DNA from: Botryllus schlosseri
Taxonomy: Eukaryota
DNA: 64,000 nucleotides
Direction: 5' to 3'
Assembly: GCA_051294905.1 (NCBI GenBank)
Contig: CM119381.1
Location: 21,700,001 to 21,764,000 of the forward strand
This document shows positions 27,401 to 38,970 of the stretch, piece after piece. Both the position numbers and the translations under genes were made by a program. The notes beneath the pieces were generated by a model that saw only the letters and a program-made list of their open reading frames with translations, did no database searches and had not been told where the DNA came from. Numbering within the stretch: the first letter of the stretch is position 1; each line of letters begins with the position of its first letter.

Positions 27401-30400
27401 ACAACATGACTTTTGACTATGCTCGATGACAATCCATCAACTGATATATTATGATTGTATCCAGACTGTTTTTACAAGAAATGTTCATTAATTCTGCCAG
27501 AATCAAGTACCGCCTAAACCGAATAACGTATCGAGGCCAACGATACCTGGACTTCGAATTTCGGGTTGGATTCGAAAACAATAACCGCGTTTCCGCATAA
27601 TGTCTTAAACACATTTGGTTGGTTTTATTACAGTAAATAAACGTAATACGTTTGTCCACAATGCATATACAAAATTTGTGGCGCTGTTAATCGAGTGGAT
27701 TGTTGTTGTGGTAGCTGGTTAAGTGGTTTTCTATATTATGAATGGCGTATATACGTTATGCATTCCTCACTAGATCCACACAAGCTTCGGGGTCGCGCTG
27801 GTGAATTGAGTGAGATTACCTGTACCTAGCATCAGACACAGCACGACAAATTACAAAGCAACGCCAAGTCGACGATTACGCGATTCCATTACGCCAAGCA
27901 AGTTCGGCTTGCGTACGAAAAGAAACGATAAATCCTTTCGAATATCCGGGTAACATGACTTTCAAGCGTAAGCAGACTGTAGTTTTAATCGTATTGTTAC
28001 ATCTGTGGGCTTCGAGAGAGCTTGAAAGCATTCGCGTACGTCAAGGTAAACCTTTCGGATAATAATCAGCCGCCTGAGATACATTCGGCACGAACGCGTA
28101 CGCTTGATATGAATGTTCACTGTTCAGTGTTCAGCAATCCTACTTATAGCAAAGTTTGACCGTACATATCTCACAACGCTAAAATATTATTTGATTCATA
28201 CGAAGTACGAAAATCGGATAGTGTACAATCTACAAAATCATGTCTGCGGTAGGGTAGCTTTGACGTGAAGAATAATTTTGGCAATGAAGTGACACGAGTC
28301 TCACCCGTCTCCATTGAAGACTAGCATGCCATACTCATGAATGTGTTGTATACACCGTGGGTTTCGGTATAACTTCACAATCTATGTACAGTGTACACGC
28401 GTTTGAACTTTGAGTTGGTTAGAGTAGAGGCGTGTAGCCAATATGGATCTGAAAATTCTCTAGTATCAGTTCAACAAATTGATTCCCCTGACAGCAATGT
28501 CGTATCGGAATCGTACGCAGATGCGGATTACCTCGTGGAGAGTCGAGCGATATATTAGCTCTATCGATAAATATTGAAAGCCTTAAATCTATTAGTATAC
28601 GTTAAATGCAATAATCTAAGTCATAATGCAAATAATACACACAGTTTCATTAGTCATGCGTATTGAGACGCAGCCGAAAATTCGCGTGGATGAATAAACA
28701 GACAATTGATATGATGAGGTCATAATGGCAAACTCACGAGAAATGACACTTATGAAGCGCCAATATCACCACACTGCAACCTGCAACAGTAACGAGACGC
28801 GGGACGGGCTGCGCAGAATCGAGTAACGGACTTAATATTTCCGCCAAGTTCCTCAAATTTATACTCCTATACTTCTACTCAGGTACTAACGATGACCACT
28901 TTCACCACCTTTGGTCACAAGTCGGATTAGTCATACATTGTTTTGTTCGGTTTACTACAGACCTGCAGGGATGGATTTGTATCGTTTTTAACGCGGTTCT
29001 ACCCATAGGCGGTCCGTGTAGTCGCTTGAGATACAGAAGATGTCACTTCATCATTTGATACTTAATTACAAGTAAAAGTAACGCTTTTCAAAATATTCGA
29101 AACTACTTGAAGTAGGAGCCGAAAAAAAAACATTTCAAAATTACCTAATTAGTTTCAAGGTTACTTCTGCAGTATTGCAGGGGATTTGCTTTAACGCAAG
29201 TCTACCCAGTGGTGGCCCAAGCAATCACTGATAATACACAAGTAGACGCAATTCAAATCGATGCTCAAGCAGAAATAGAAGATCACAATACTGTGACGTA
29301 AATTTGAACTCACCGTTGTGGCTGATTCCGCGAAGCCGAACACTCCGGCGTGGTCGTCGTCTAAGATCACGATGGTGGCGACGACGGGAGGTTCCAGCCT
29401 TGCGGTCCGGCTTGAATTCATTTTCGGGTCGGCGGATCCGTCGGCCGCCAGCACGCGAACGTCGAACAGTCTGACTTTGAAGTATTCGTCCTCCTCGAAG
29501 ATGTCGTCGTCGATGATGTTGATTTTGACGGGGTGCACCGATTCGCCAGGTCGGAAAGTCACGGTGCCTTCGGTGGCCTCGTAGTCGGAACCAGCGTTCG
29601 CGGTGCCGTCCTCGGTGCGGTAGCTCACGCACACGGTGCTGTTCAGGTCGCCGCCGCGACGCACGACCTAAAAAACGTGAGGTCACACACTAATAATACA
29701 TTAGTTGGAAATAGGCTTGTTCACCAGATTTCCATCATGAGCGTAGGGTACAAATCAAACCATCGCTTCCTTCTGATATAGCATGTGGCTTTCACACTCG
29801 TTCCGAGAAATGGAAACGTGTCAAATACATCAATTCTTATGGATATATATAACCTGGGTGAAATGGACTCAGTTTTAGTGTGATAACCCGATAAATCGAG
29901 GTGAAAAGAAACCGCTACACCCCTGGGATATATCTCCATATATGAATAAGTGTATTTGACTGGTTAAAGAAATGGTACAACAGAGGTACGATGGCCTAAT
30001 TTCGAGCTACACTATGGATGAAATCTCGTTAATATAAGTATATCCACCAATCTATTTGCAGCGTGTGGTTATTTCGGTCGTAACAGGTATGCGGGAGTTG
30101 CGAGATGCCTATTGTATTCACACTATAAAAAATACCAATGAGTCGTAACGATTGATGAGCCAACTGTGACGAATATAACGTTATCAAAGTCTTCAGCACG
30201 GTATAGAGGTGCCAATACACCGGATGTCATCATCTTCGCTTTCATATACCATCGCTCTGCGCAACGAGCACGCAGCATAGATTAGAATTATGGCCTCTCA
30301 GAAGCGTCGTACTCCCCGAGGAGTGTGACGACACGGATCTGGGGAACGTGGCGCGACATTTGCATATAGAGATGAGATAACGACCCCATCGCATCGTCAT

Positions 30401-33063
30401 AGTACATCAACCTCCAGTTACCTGAATTTCTGCATAGCCACAATTTTCCATTACTTTGTACTCCGCGGGGTCGCACGAAATTTTGGTAATGAGGTCGTCC
30501 GATTCGCCACCCACGACTACCTCTACGCCGGGATCCTGCAAAGGTGAGTATGGTATTCGTCAATTGATCGGCACAGTTTCGAAGTAGAAACTTCAATAAA
30601 GTGGAGTCGTTCGTACGTTAATAGTGCTCTACATGCTACACTATACGCATCCCTTGAAGGACATCACGCGAATGAGAAAATATGAATGTTGTCTTCTTTT
30701 AAGGGAGACGAAGATGCTTCACGCGGTTGGGAAAGACTCACCATCCCGTACAAATTTTAACAAAAGTATTAATTTTATGTCCGAAGTCAAATACAATTAA
30801 TTAGGTTTCACTAGTTTTGCATTTATAAGTCAGATACCAATTGTGCCAAAATCCTAAAGTTCGTTTTCCTTTACAAATCCAAATTCATTGCTACTATCAT
30901 GGGTATAGGGTTAAAGGCCATTTTGCCTTTAGCCACTCGCTTTTCAAACCATATATCACGAAATACTGATCGTATTCCGTAAGATATGTCTGGAAAATAA
31001 GATATTTACGACTTTTTAAGCATGAAGTTACATTGCGGTGTAGGAAACAAATGCGAATGTGATGTGAATCCTTGACTTTTAGTATAATTTTGATTCATCT
31101 TGACAATGAATGTAATTGACCAAGTCATGCGCTAAACAGGTGACGCATTATGCGTATCCACCGATCGCCAGTTCGAATAGTGAACCCGGGAGCCTTATGC
31201 ATAACAGGTTATTTATGAGACGTGCATATCCAGCGTTCACGACAAAGCCAAGTACGCCACCTCTTTGTGGATTGCATAATTGCGACGTCGCCGTGTGGAA
31301 TACGATGTCGTAATTCGTGCTAATTCAATATTCATGATGCAATCCCGATTGGTTAAAAAGTACATACGGCGTGATCGTAAAACAAATGAATAATAAAACG
31401 CGACGATTGACTGAATGACTGTCGACCCGATAAGACAATTGCATTGCGCAAATATTCTGTATTTCGACTCCTAGACTAGACAATATCCCAACCGAGTTCC
31501 CCTCGATGGCAAGACGAAGCAAGATATCTTATCAGGTTACCATGATAGAGCTTATGTTCCACTACGTTCTACGTTTCTACACTTATGCTCTTTGAACACA
31601 CAAAAAAACTTGAAAGAGCATGAATCTGGAATGATAGTCATACTGACTTATAAATAGATCCTACATGAGTGGGTCGTGGCGAGTAAATAACATATATTTT
31701 GAATCCTGTTCGTGATAGTGACTTGGAACGTTATCTGAGCAGCAGCGCAACGAAAAGAAGTTTGGTTACTCACGGTGTCCCTGGTCATCTGTTCACCGCC
31801 TCTTTTCAAGATATTACCGGCGCCTGTCATTTTTCTAGTGGCCTGAATGCGATAGAACGCCCTGCTCTTGTGCTGTTGGTTCAAGGCTTCCAGGTTCGCG
31901 AGGCGAGCGAGTTCCTGCATGTCCGCGTCCGGGTGCTTCTTTTTCAGGTTCCTGAGCAGGCGTATCATTTCCCTTTTCTGCGCCTCCGTGTCCCAGGAAC
32001 CGTCATCCTCGGCGGGTTCGAAATCGATGGATATGTTCCCTCCCAGAGTGTCGGAGCTTCTGCTCAAGGTGCCGGCTTGGCTCGATTTACCGAGGTCTTT
32101 CATTTCGTGAGATTTTCCGCCCACCATGTCGTGAAGTTCCCCGTCCAAGCTTCCCTCCGTTTCGACGATGATGTGTTTCTTCTTGCGGTACCGTTTGTAC
32201 ATGTACTTGTAGACCAACAATCGCCTGTCCGCGATCCACGCCAACACGACCAGAATCGGGAAAAACAACAGCGTCACCACACCTTCCCAAACTTCCACGA
32301 CGCCCCTTGAAATCACGGCCAAGATGAGGTACAGCCAAATGTACGCCAGGATGCTCCACACAGCCGTGACGAAGAACACTCGGGGATGTTTCACTTTTCT
32401 GTCTTCGTCGTCTGGGATCACGTACATGCAGATGGCGATGATAATGAAAAGATTGAAAGACGCGCTGCCTACGATAGTGGATGGTCCCAACTCGCCAGCA
32501 TCAAATCCCTTTCCCACCACCTCAATCACGGACAGCATAATCTCCGGAGCAGAAGATCCCAGGGCCATCAGCGTCAGGTTGGACACGGTTTCGTTCCACA
32601 CCCGAACTGTGGTGACTATTACTTCTCCGTTAGGTCGAGTGACAGTGACTTCCTTTTCTTTTGAGGTAATGACTTCGATCGAGGCCATGAACCGATCGGC
32701 AATAATCGAGACCCCCAGAAATAAGTAGAATAAACTAACAAAATAAACGATAGCCCTACCGACTTTGTCGATGGTAGGAATTTTGTGGATCTCTTCCGGG
32801 GGCCATGCGGGGAGTAAAACCCCCGGTTTGCAAGTTCTAGTTTCATTCGGGCACCTTTCGGAGGTTGTGTTTTGCGCCGATGCCGAGCAAGACAGTGTCA
32901 GTAGGACCAGGACAACCGCTGCGTACCTGGACAGAATTCCTGTCGTGACGGTACAATGGCGGTATGGCCGTCGGCTGCATTGGGTGCATATTGGTTCATG
33001 CAGCCTTGTTCCTTGCGCCTTGGATTGGTAGGATTTCGTTCCAGAAACATCGGGTCTATCCAT
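3103..33063 (-). CDS. SLC8A: Na+/Ca2+ exchanger (NCX, SLC8A family), complete spliced CDS of 991 aa with exon A
   Basis: Exons 33063-31774, 30535-30422, 29667-29314, 24260-24097, 16051-15942 (or 14653-14541), 12630-12464, 9742-9643, 6712-6618, 5434-5248, 3497-3103 sum to 2976 nt; all introns GT-AG and phase-compatible. Alpha1 LMALGSSAPE, XIP RRLLVYKYMYKRYRKKK, CBD1 DDDIFEEDE/ILDDDHAG, CBD2, alpha2 LVAMGTSVPDTFAS. Confidence 0.96.
5248..5434 (-). CDS. SLC8A: NCX exon (LLFAIVPPTDYFGGW...VAMGTSVP), alpha2 repeat
   Basis: caacag|CTG acceptor, G|gtgagt donor; 187 nt, phase 0/1. Confidence 0.95.
6618..6712 (-). CDS. SLC8A: NCX exon (GDDDDDEDEGGRAAPSGFDYVMHFLTVFWK)
   Basis: ttcttccag|GT acceptor, AAG|gtataa donor; 95 nt, phase 1/0. 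Confidence 0.93.
9643..9742 (-). CDS. SLC8A: NCX exon (STVDKLIKKANLAVIVGTSSWREQFIDALSVQG)
   Basis: tattcag|AGC acceptor, G|gtaagc donor; 100 nt, phase 0/1. Confidence 0.95.
11347..11688. mobile_element. hAT-type MITE with GGGGGCGA subterminal repeats
   Basis: TIRs CAGTGGTTCCCAAC / GTTGGGAACCACTG; only 6 bp (atagcc) are directly repeated on both sides. Confidence 0.8.
12464..12630 (-). CDS. SLC8A: NCX exon (GTDTGSDSEVVGNEDEE...LGKPRLGEINKLTIVIEESYEFK), end of CBD2
   Basis: gttcag|GT acceptor, AAG|gtaggg donor; 167 nt, phase 1/0. Confidence 0.92.
14541..14653 (-). CDS. SLC8A: NCX alternative (mutually exclusive) CBD2 exon, B-like: KQIQISVCDTMKYYKRRNLSLHLMEPHEVSPRRYPHS
   Basis: catcag|G AAG acceptor (phase 2) and TCA G|gtggta donor (phase 1), the same phases as exon 16051-15942; aligns without gaps to KEIRIEIMDDEEYEKNKSFFLELGPP; 113 nt. 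Confidence 0.8.
15942..16051 (-). CDS. SLC8A: NCX CBD2 exon, A-like (KEIRIEIMDDEEYEKNKSFFLELGPPKFMKSPATDS)
   Basis: aattcag|G AAG acceptor; DDEEYEKNK motif; donor G|gttcag is weak but gives the phase 1 needed by the next exon; 110 nt. Confidence 0.9.
16291..16755. mobile_element. Palindromic hAT-type MITE with ~160-bp inverted arms
   Basis: TAGGGCTGTTCAAAAATAAC / GTTATTTTTGAACAGCCCTA termini; arms ~16291-16451 and ~16594-16755 nearly complementary; exact 8-bp TSD ttgtacag. Confidence 0.9.
17213..17260. repeat. (AATACT)n-like microsatellite
   Basis: aatactaatactaatgctaatactaatactaatact. Confidence 0.7.
19045..19587. mobile_element. TAGGGCG-type hAT MITE (related to 53657-54275 and 58826-59408)
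   Basis: TAGGGCGA...TCGCCCTG termini, ttaggtcaaaa subterminal motifs; degenerate TSD cttattag/cttatcat. Confidence 0.7.
21136..21501. mobile_element. MITE with ATCGG-rich subterminal repeats
   Basis: TAGAGTCCGACCGAT / ATCGGCCGGGCCCTA (12/15 inverted match); no TSD recognisable. Confidence 0.6.
24097..24260 (-). CDS. SLC8A: NCX exon (VSESIGVLSVPVKRDSGARG...GGEDYVDAFGELEFGNDET), CBD2 N-terminal part
   Basis: ttcaacag|GTC acceptor, AT|gtaagt donor; 164 nt, phase 0/2. Confidence 0.95.
29314..29667 (-). CDS. SLC8A: NCX exon (VVRRGGDLNSTVCVSYRTEDG...ILDDDHAGVFGFAESATT), CBD1
   Basis: ttttttag|GTC acceptor, ACG|gtgagt donor; 354 nt, phase 0/0. Confidence 0.96.
30422..30535 (-). CDS. SLC8A: NCX exon (DPGVEVVVGGESDDLITKISCDPAEYKVMENCGYAEIQ), start of CBD1; not in the ORF track
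   Basis: ctttgcag|GAT acceptor, CAG|gtaact donor; 114 nt, phase 0/0; contains the conserved MENCG motif. Confidence 0.93.
31774..33063 (-). CDS. SLC8A: NCX first coding exon (signal peptide, TM1-5, alpha1, XIP)
   Basis: ORF 31648-33063; homology ends near RKMTGAGNILKR, with donor ACC|gtgagt at 31773; 1290 nt. Confidence 0.95.
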
Positions 33064-34924
33064 GTTTGCGTACTTATATTGTCTATTGCTTTAGCGTAAG
33101 CCTAAACGCACGAATTACCCATTTTCTGATATAGAAAAGATCATATAAAGACAATTATAATACGGTGAGAAAATAATATAACACGAGAAACTACATACTA
33201 ACGCCGGACTTTTTACCGATCTGCGTCTAGTAGCCGTAGATATTGCTGCCTTCTCTAAGCTCACTCGTGCAGAACCATGCCGGTAATGCTTCGGAAGTAA
33301 CAGTTGCCGCTTGGAATATAATCGTTTAGCTGCAACTTCAAAAATAGATCCGCAAGCTAATTTCTAGTTAATGCACGGCGAGCTCAGTGACCAATCCCTT
33401 GCTGCAGCTGTCGACTTGACGTCACGAAAGCGTAAATTTAGTACTCGTTGAATCGTTGCGCAGCGGGGGACGTGATAGTCTTGCTTTCCTCACCTACTGA
33501 AATCGACTTGTCATTAATCAACGCATGCGATTCGCAGCTCCACACGCAGTTGTTGCTACTCCAGCTGAACTCTTGGAAAAGTCAAACAACTGACAGTAAC
33601 TGAACTATGATGAAGTATGTATGAATCTAAAAGTAACCGTCTTCAACATGACACAAACGATGGGCATCCGCAAAACGCCAAGAATAGAAAGATCATACAA
33701 TGTTTTAAGGATAACGTCCTCCATACGAACCTGTCCGCTCAACGTAAGTGACCTCACTCAATAGGAATCTGGCATATTGCTGTTTGACGCACACAATAAA
33801 AACGCCGTACCGGCAACAATGCTAATCGAGACAATTGAAACAGAGGTAAGAAATTTAGGAAGCCACGCTATCACCAAGCGTTGCGTGACTGCGTCAAACG
33901 TGCAGTGCTGTGCTACCGTCTACTACTTACTGTATTGCATGTGACTATCGAGGGATACGTCTCAAAGCTTAAAAACATACTACCGAACATATGGCGTCAG
34001 CACTGACTGCGACATACATGTACGATATGTATAACACACCCGCTCGTTAATTATGCTCTAAGCGTGGCTGCTGCCCACCGAGTAACGAGTGGGCGAGTGT
34101 CATTCGAATCACAATGAGCACATAGAAAGCGGATTTTGTTTCCCAATACAATATCTTACACTTCATACTTTCTCTCAGCAGTGTTATCGTTTACCGCTTG
34201 AAGCGATTTACGAGAACGGACGCCCGACAGTATACAACACGGATAATATATCGTATACCAGTATCGTCGTCTCTGGCGTTAGTTAGTTTGTTACTGGATT
34301 TATCGGGCATCGCGAAAATACTATAGTTATGCAAGATCTGTGTTCGAAATCTAGAGGTTTCCAATGATTATGATATGCAATCTGAATTTTATCCCTACAT
34401 ACCAGTTGGAGATCTAGTATGCCGGCTGACGGCAAACAGCAACAAAAGAACAAGTTGCCTTGTAATTTGACCATAGGTCGACAAGCTCGAAAGGAAGCTA
34501 ACATTATTCCGATATTAATCAACATATAATATAAGGTAGTGTTGGACGGATTTATTCAACTTGACAACTTTTCTCCGCTCGTAGCGCGATTTACGTTAAC
34601 AGACTACCTGATTTTAATATGAAATATAGGCCTACTTGTTATATACAAGTGAGTCAAACTATGTCTGCTATTGCCAATCACGAAACAGGGGGAGTTTCTA
34701 ATATTGCCTGTTGTCGTTGAGAACTTGAGATGCTTTACTAGCCCATGGATGTGCGAACTGTGGACGGGGGGGGGGCTATTCGGTACTGCAATTGCGGCAC
34801 CAAACATTACGACGACGGACATTTCCGCGTCCGTCGTCTACCAACACGTGAAGCCATAAATTCTCTGACAAAATGACCGGATGCGGCCCCATGAAGGAAT
34901 GCCAATGTATAAAGTGGATGTCAC

Positions 34925-35430
34925 GTCATTATTGGTATATTAGCAATTTTTATCATTTCAATACACGCCAAAATGCGATACAATGAAAAGATAGGAAGGT
35001 GTCGAATAAGCGACTTGGAGTATTCTTTGGAATCAGACACCCACCTTGACCTAGGCGAGGTAAAGAGGAGGTATGCACACTGAATGAAAAGTAAAAGAAG
35101 ATAGTATAGAAAAAAGCAAGCAACAAAAATGGGGTGGCATGTCATGAAAGGCGAGATCGATAGGTCAGGTCGTGGTCTGGTAATCTTGAGGGTGGACTAG
35201 TATTTATTTAGCAGTGATTGCTTGTATTTCGACTTGAATGTGGACACTGGACATGCTCGTCGACTGTCTGATGGCCGGCGGGATACTGTTCCACACGTCA
35301 GGTCCGGCATAATTGATAGAGCGATGGTCTTTTCGGTCGATCATATGATATTTGGACGACGTGGACGCGAGTGTGTTGTACTTGAGCGCTTTTGATTCCG
35401 GTTTTAGTAGGCCATGCCTAGCCATATTCT
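34925..35430 (-). mobile_element. 3' fragment of an L2/CR1-like LINE
   Basis: Minus-strand RSINYAGPDVWNSIPPAIRQSTSMS, typical of a LINE RT C-terminus; related to 35761-36157. Confidence 0.65.
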
Positions 35431-35760
35431 AACTTCGATTGGACTCATGCGTCTCAGCGATTCATCAATTCAACATCTTTTCAGTAACGACAACATGACA
35501 ATCACCAATCAATAATATTTAAATTAACTGAGTCCTCATAATTGTTGGTGCGAAGACAATGTCACACAGTCGACCCTAATAAACTATTTAATTCAAGTAG
35601 GCCTACAAGAATCTGCATTTGCTCGTGGTGTCGTGGTACGGATAAGATACGAATAGATGGTACATGGAGGTTGGCGATGGCCAGAATGAGAAAAGGGGAA
35701 CGGGGAAATAAAGCCTTCCAGGAGGTTGATCACCATGTGGATGGCCCAGAGCAACGCTTT

Positions 35761-36157
35761 TCATCATCATCATCATCATCATCACCATTGGTTTATTAGC
35801 AATTTTAACAGTTCAATACACCACAAAAATGCGATACAATGACAAGATAGGAAGGTGTCGAAGCGACTTAGAGTAGTCTATGGAATCAGACATCCACCTT
35901 GGCCTAGGCGATGTAAAGAGGAGGCATCCACAGTGCACACTGAATAAAAAGTAAAGAAGATAATATAGAAAAAAGCAAGCGACAAAATGGGGTGGCATGT
36001 CATGGAAGGCGAGATCGATAGGTCAGTCGTGGTCCGGCAATCTTGGGGGTGCATTAGTATTTATTTAGTAGTGATTGCTTGTATTCCGACGTGAATGTGG
36101 ACATGCTCGTCGACTGTCGGATAGCCGGCGGGATACTGTTCCACACATCAGGTTCGG
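35761..36157 (-). mobile_element. Second 3' fragment of the same LINE family with a (GAT)n tail
   Basis: Aligns by eye with 34925-35290; (CAT)n run at 35761-35786 marks the 3' tail. Confidence 0.65.
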
Positions 36158-38524
36158 GGCCTGATAAAGTGCTTTCACGGACCTGACCGCAGCAACACTT
36201 CATTTTGTAGGGCTATATGTAGCTTACCAAGATTATAGTGATAGCACTAACATCACATAGATCTGCGAGCTTTATCGGACTCATATTTACATGATATATT
36301 AGACTAGGAGGCTAGGCCTTTATCAGTCGCATCGCATGGAACTAATTCTTAAGCGACTAATTTGTGAACCATATCACTCTAAATCCGCAGAATATTTGCA
36401 TCTTGCCATTGACGTTCGAGAGAGCAACGTCATTCACTCCGTATTTCCAGTATGTAGTATTGCGGTGGAACTACATAGAAACACTCATCGCAATGCACCA
36501 CCGAAGAATTGAGCGTTATAGAAAAAACATAGAGAGCTAATTATCTTCGAGCGATGAGATAGAACGAAAATGAAAATTGTACATCCTGTCAGATGCTGGG
36601 ATAAGACAACATTGTAATAAACACGCGCTTTTCGAGCTACATATCTGTATATTATCCTGCTAACCTTTCATCCTTGTGCTTGGCATTCACCTGTTAGCTC
36701 ATTACGACATATGCTCATTCCCAATGCCCATGTATCACCTTGGAGAGAGCTCAAGTAGTACTAAACCGAAAGTTGTGTTCTATAGTTACATCATCCTACA
36801 TAAAATCGCCTTGTTAGACCAGCGCAATCTTCATCCGAAGGGCTCACAAGTCAAAACAACGGTCTTCGATTATACAACCGCCTGTACTTCGAAAACCAAT
36901 TTCAAATCGGGCACAAACCCTTGAATAATTTATGCAAATAAATCTGTGTGGAGACATCAACATGATAAAATGTTCGCATGAGCCGAAACCGCTTTTCTTG
37001 CGATTGGCACTCGTATTCTTCCTAGGAGTCGCTTGGGAGTCGTCATTTATCTGGCCGAGTAATAATAATGTGTTATTAAAATTTAAAGTCGTTTTCAAAA
37101 CTGCCGCTTTCTTCACTTCCAAATGCGTTTCAGTAAAGAAGTGTCATTTTGCGTTTGCTAAAATTGAGCACCCATGCCGGTTGTCGCTCTATATTCCCGT
37201 ATATTTGCATATTTTCCCCACTACTTCTACTCAGCGATTTTCTCAAAGTCAACGCTTGCCGAAGAGAAATGTGTTCACGAAATGGCCACAATCACAGAGC
37301 GATGTATAGCTCCAGCTCGTGTAGCTTTTCTAGCACTGAGTATCACTCCTCTACGCCATTTATACTTGCGGAACACAAGTACAAGGATCCCTCTTGCACA
37401 TAACTTTGACCAGCCTCCGCATATGTTACTCTCGGAATAACTTTGCACGGCTAGTGAATTTCACAATTAAATAACTTCTACGTCTATTGCAGCAGCTCTA
37501 GGTGTAGTCTTGTATTGGGTGATCTATTATCACCAAGAGATGGGGAGTGCTTTGAATGTAGTTCGAAAAGGATTACAGTGAGAATAACTACTTTCGTAGT
37601 AGGCTACTCTTCTTACATTACAAAACCTCACAAACTACAATAGTGATGCTATCGGTGGATTTACTATGGAAAGAGATATGGAAATGTGCGTCTGCGTAAC
37701 CTTGGTGGGCGCGATTTCGGTGTCAAAGGCCAGGGATTTTACACACGACAATGACAGCGAATTGTCTACTCAAGTTAGAAGTTTGGTGGTGTCTAGTGAC
37801 AACATGCGGATGCCGCAAAATATACACGGTACCTATCGGTACTCTTGTGCTGCGATTCCAGTTGGTAAATTCTTCCACGCGGTTTTATAGCACACCATCT
37901 AGCTAACCCAGTGTTTCCCAAACTTTTTTTCATAACGACCCCCCCCCCTCTACCTGGACAGCAAATCAGGTATCAACGCTCCCTAAACCCCCTCCCACCA
38001 TCGACAGTCACTACATTATTGAGTGTGCTGACCTAGTTTATTGGCATTCCTATATTCGTTATGTAAGCTATCTCAGATTCTCATTTTGTACGAATTCTCG
38101 GTCTGACTACAATCAACGTACAAGGCACTTTCGCCCTCTTCGAGGTCGCGAACGCCACCAGGGGCGCTGGAGCCCACTTTGGCAACCACCGAGCTAACCG
38201 ATAATACATATAATTCTCGTGATAGCCTATACAATAATAATTGACTTGATGCAAGGTGTACAATGTAGGCCTACATAGCGTACCATATCAAATCAAGTCA
38301 CATTACCGAAAAATTGAGAACTCTTTACTAGGGCTGGGCAGCATCATCGAGTATCTGACTGATTCCATTCCGAGTCGATTATTAAACTTCGATTCGAGCA
38401 TCAGTATGGTGACATGACAGTGCGAGTTCCTTCGAAAGTTTCAATATGTAACCATTTGCGGCCACACGACAAATAATGCCAGTTATACGTTATCAATATA
38501 GTTTTAAATAGGTTCCTCGCGGTA

Positions 38525-38970
38525 CAGAGTTTGAATATTGCAACGAACAACACATTCATATTCGCAATTTATTCACTCTAAGCTTTTCAACTGACCCTCG
38601 TCGTCATTTAAAGGTTCTAGAAGCGACTATAATAAAACTCGAGCAACCGATTCTTTGTCGGCTAAAGGACCGACTCTATTCTCTCCGTGTATTTCATTCG
38701 TGTTGCGTCTCTGGCTATATATTACTGCCAATTTGTATTGCACTAATTGCATTTTTGCTTAACGCTCTCGTTTTGTGAATTCTCTCGTTGTTGTTGTTGT
38801 TGTTGTTGTTGTTGTTATACCATTCTTACGTCTCACTACCTATTTCATCTTTATATTTCGAATTGCAATCTCCGTATTTACTGACGGCCAGTCCCGACGA
38901 GGGTCAATTGAAAAGCTTAGAGTGAATAAATTGCGAATATGAATGTGTTGTTCGTTGCAATATAGTTTTG
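38525..38970. mobile_element. MITE with ~70-bp inverted arms, TA-flanked (Tc1/mariner-like), internal (GTT)n
   Basis: 38535-38603 is the near-exact reverse complement of 38895-38963; TA on both outer sides. Confidence 0.6.

Noticed and set aside
31699-33031. Several plus-strand ORFs of 80-203 aa
   Set aside because: Antisense shadows of the GC-rich NCX first exon.
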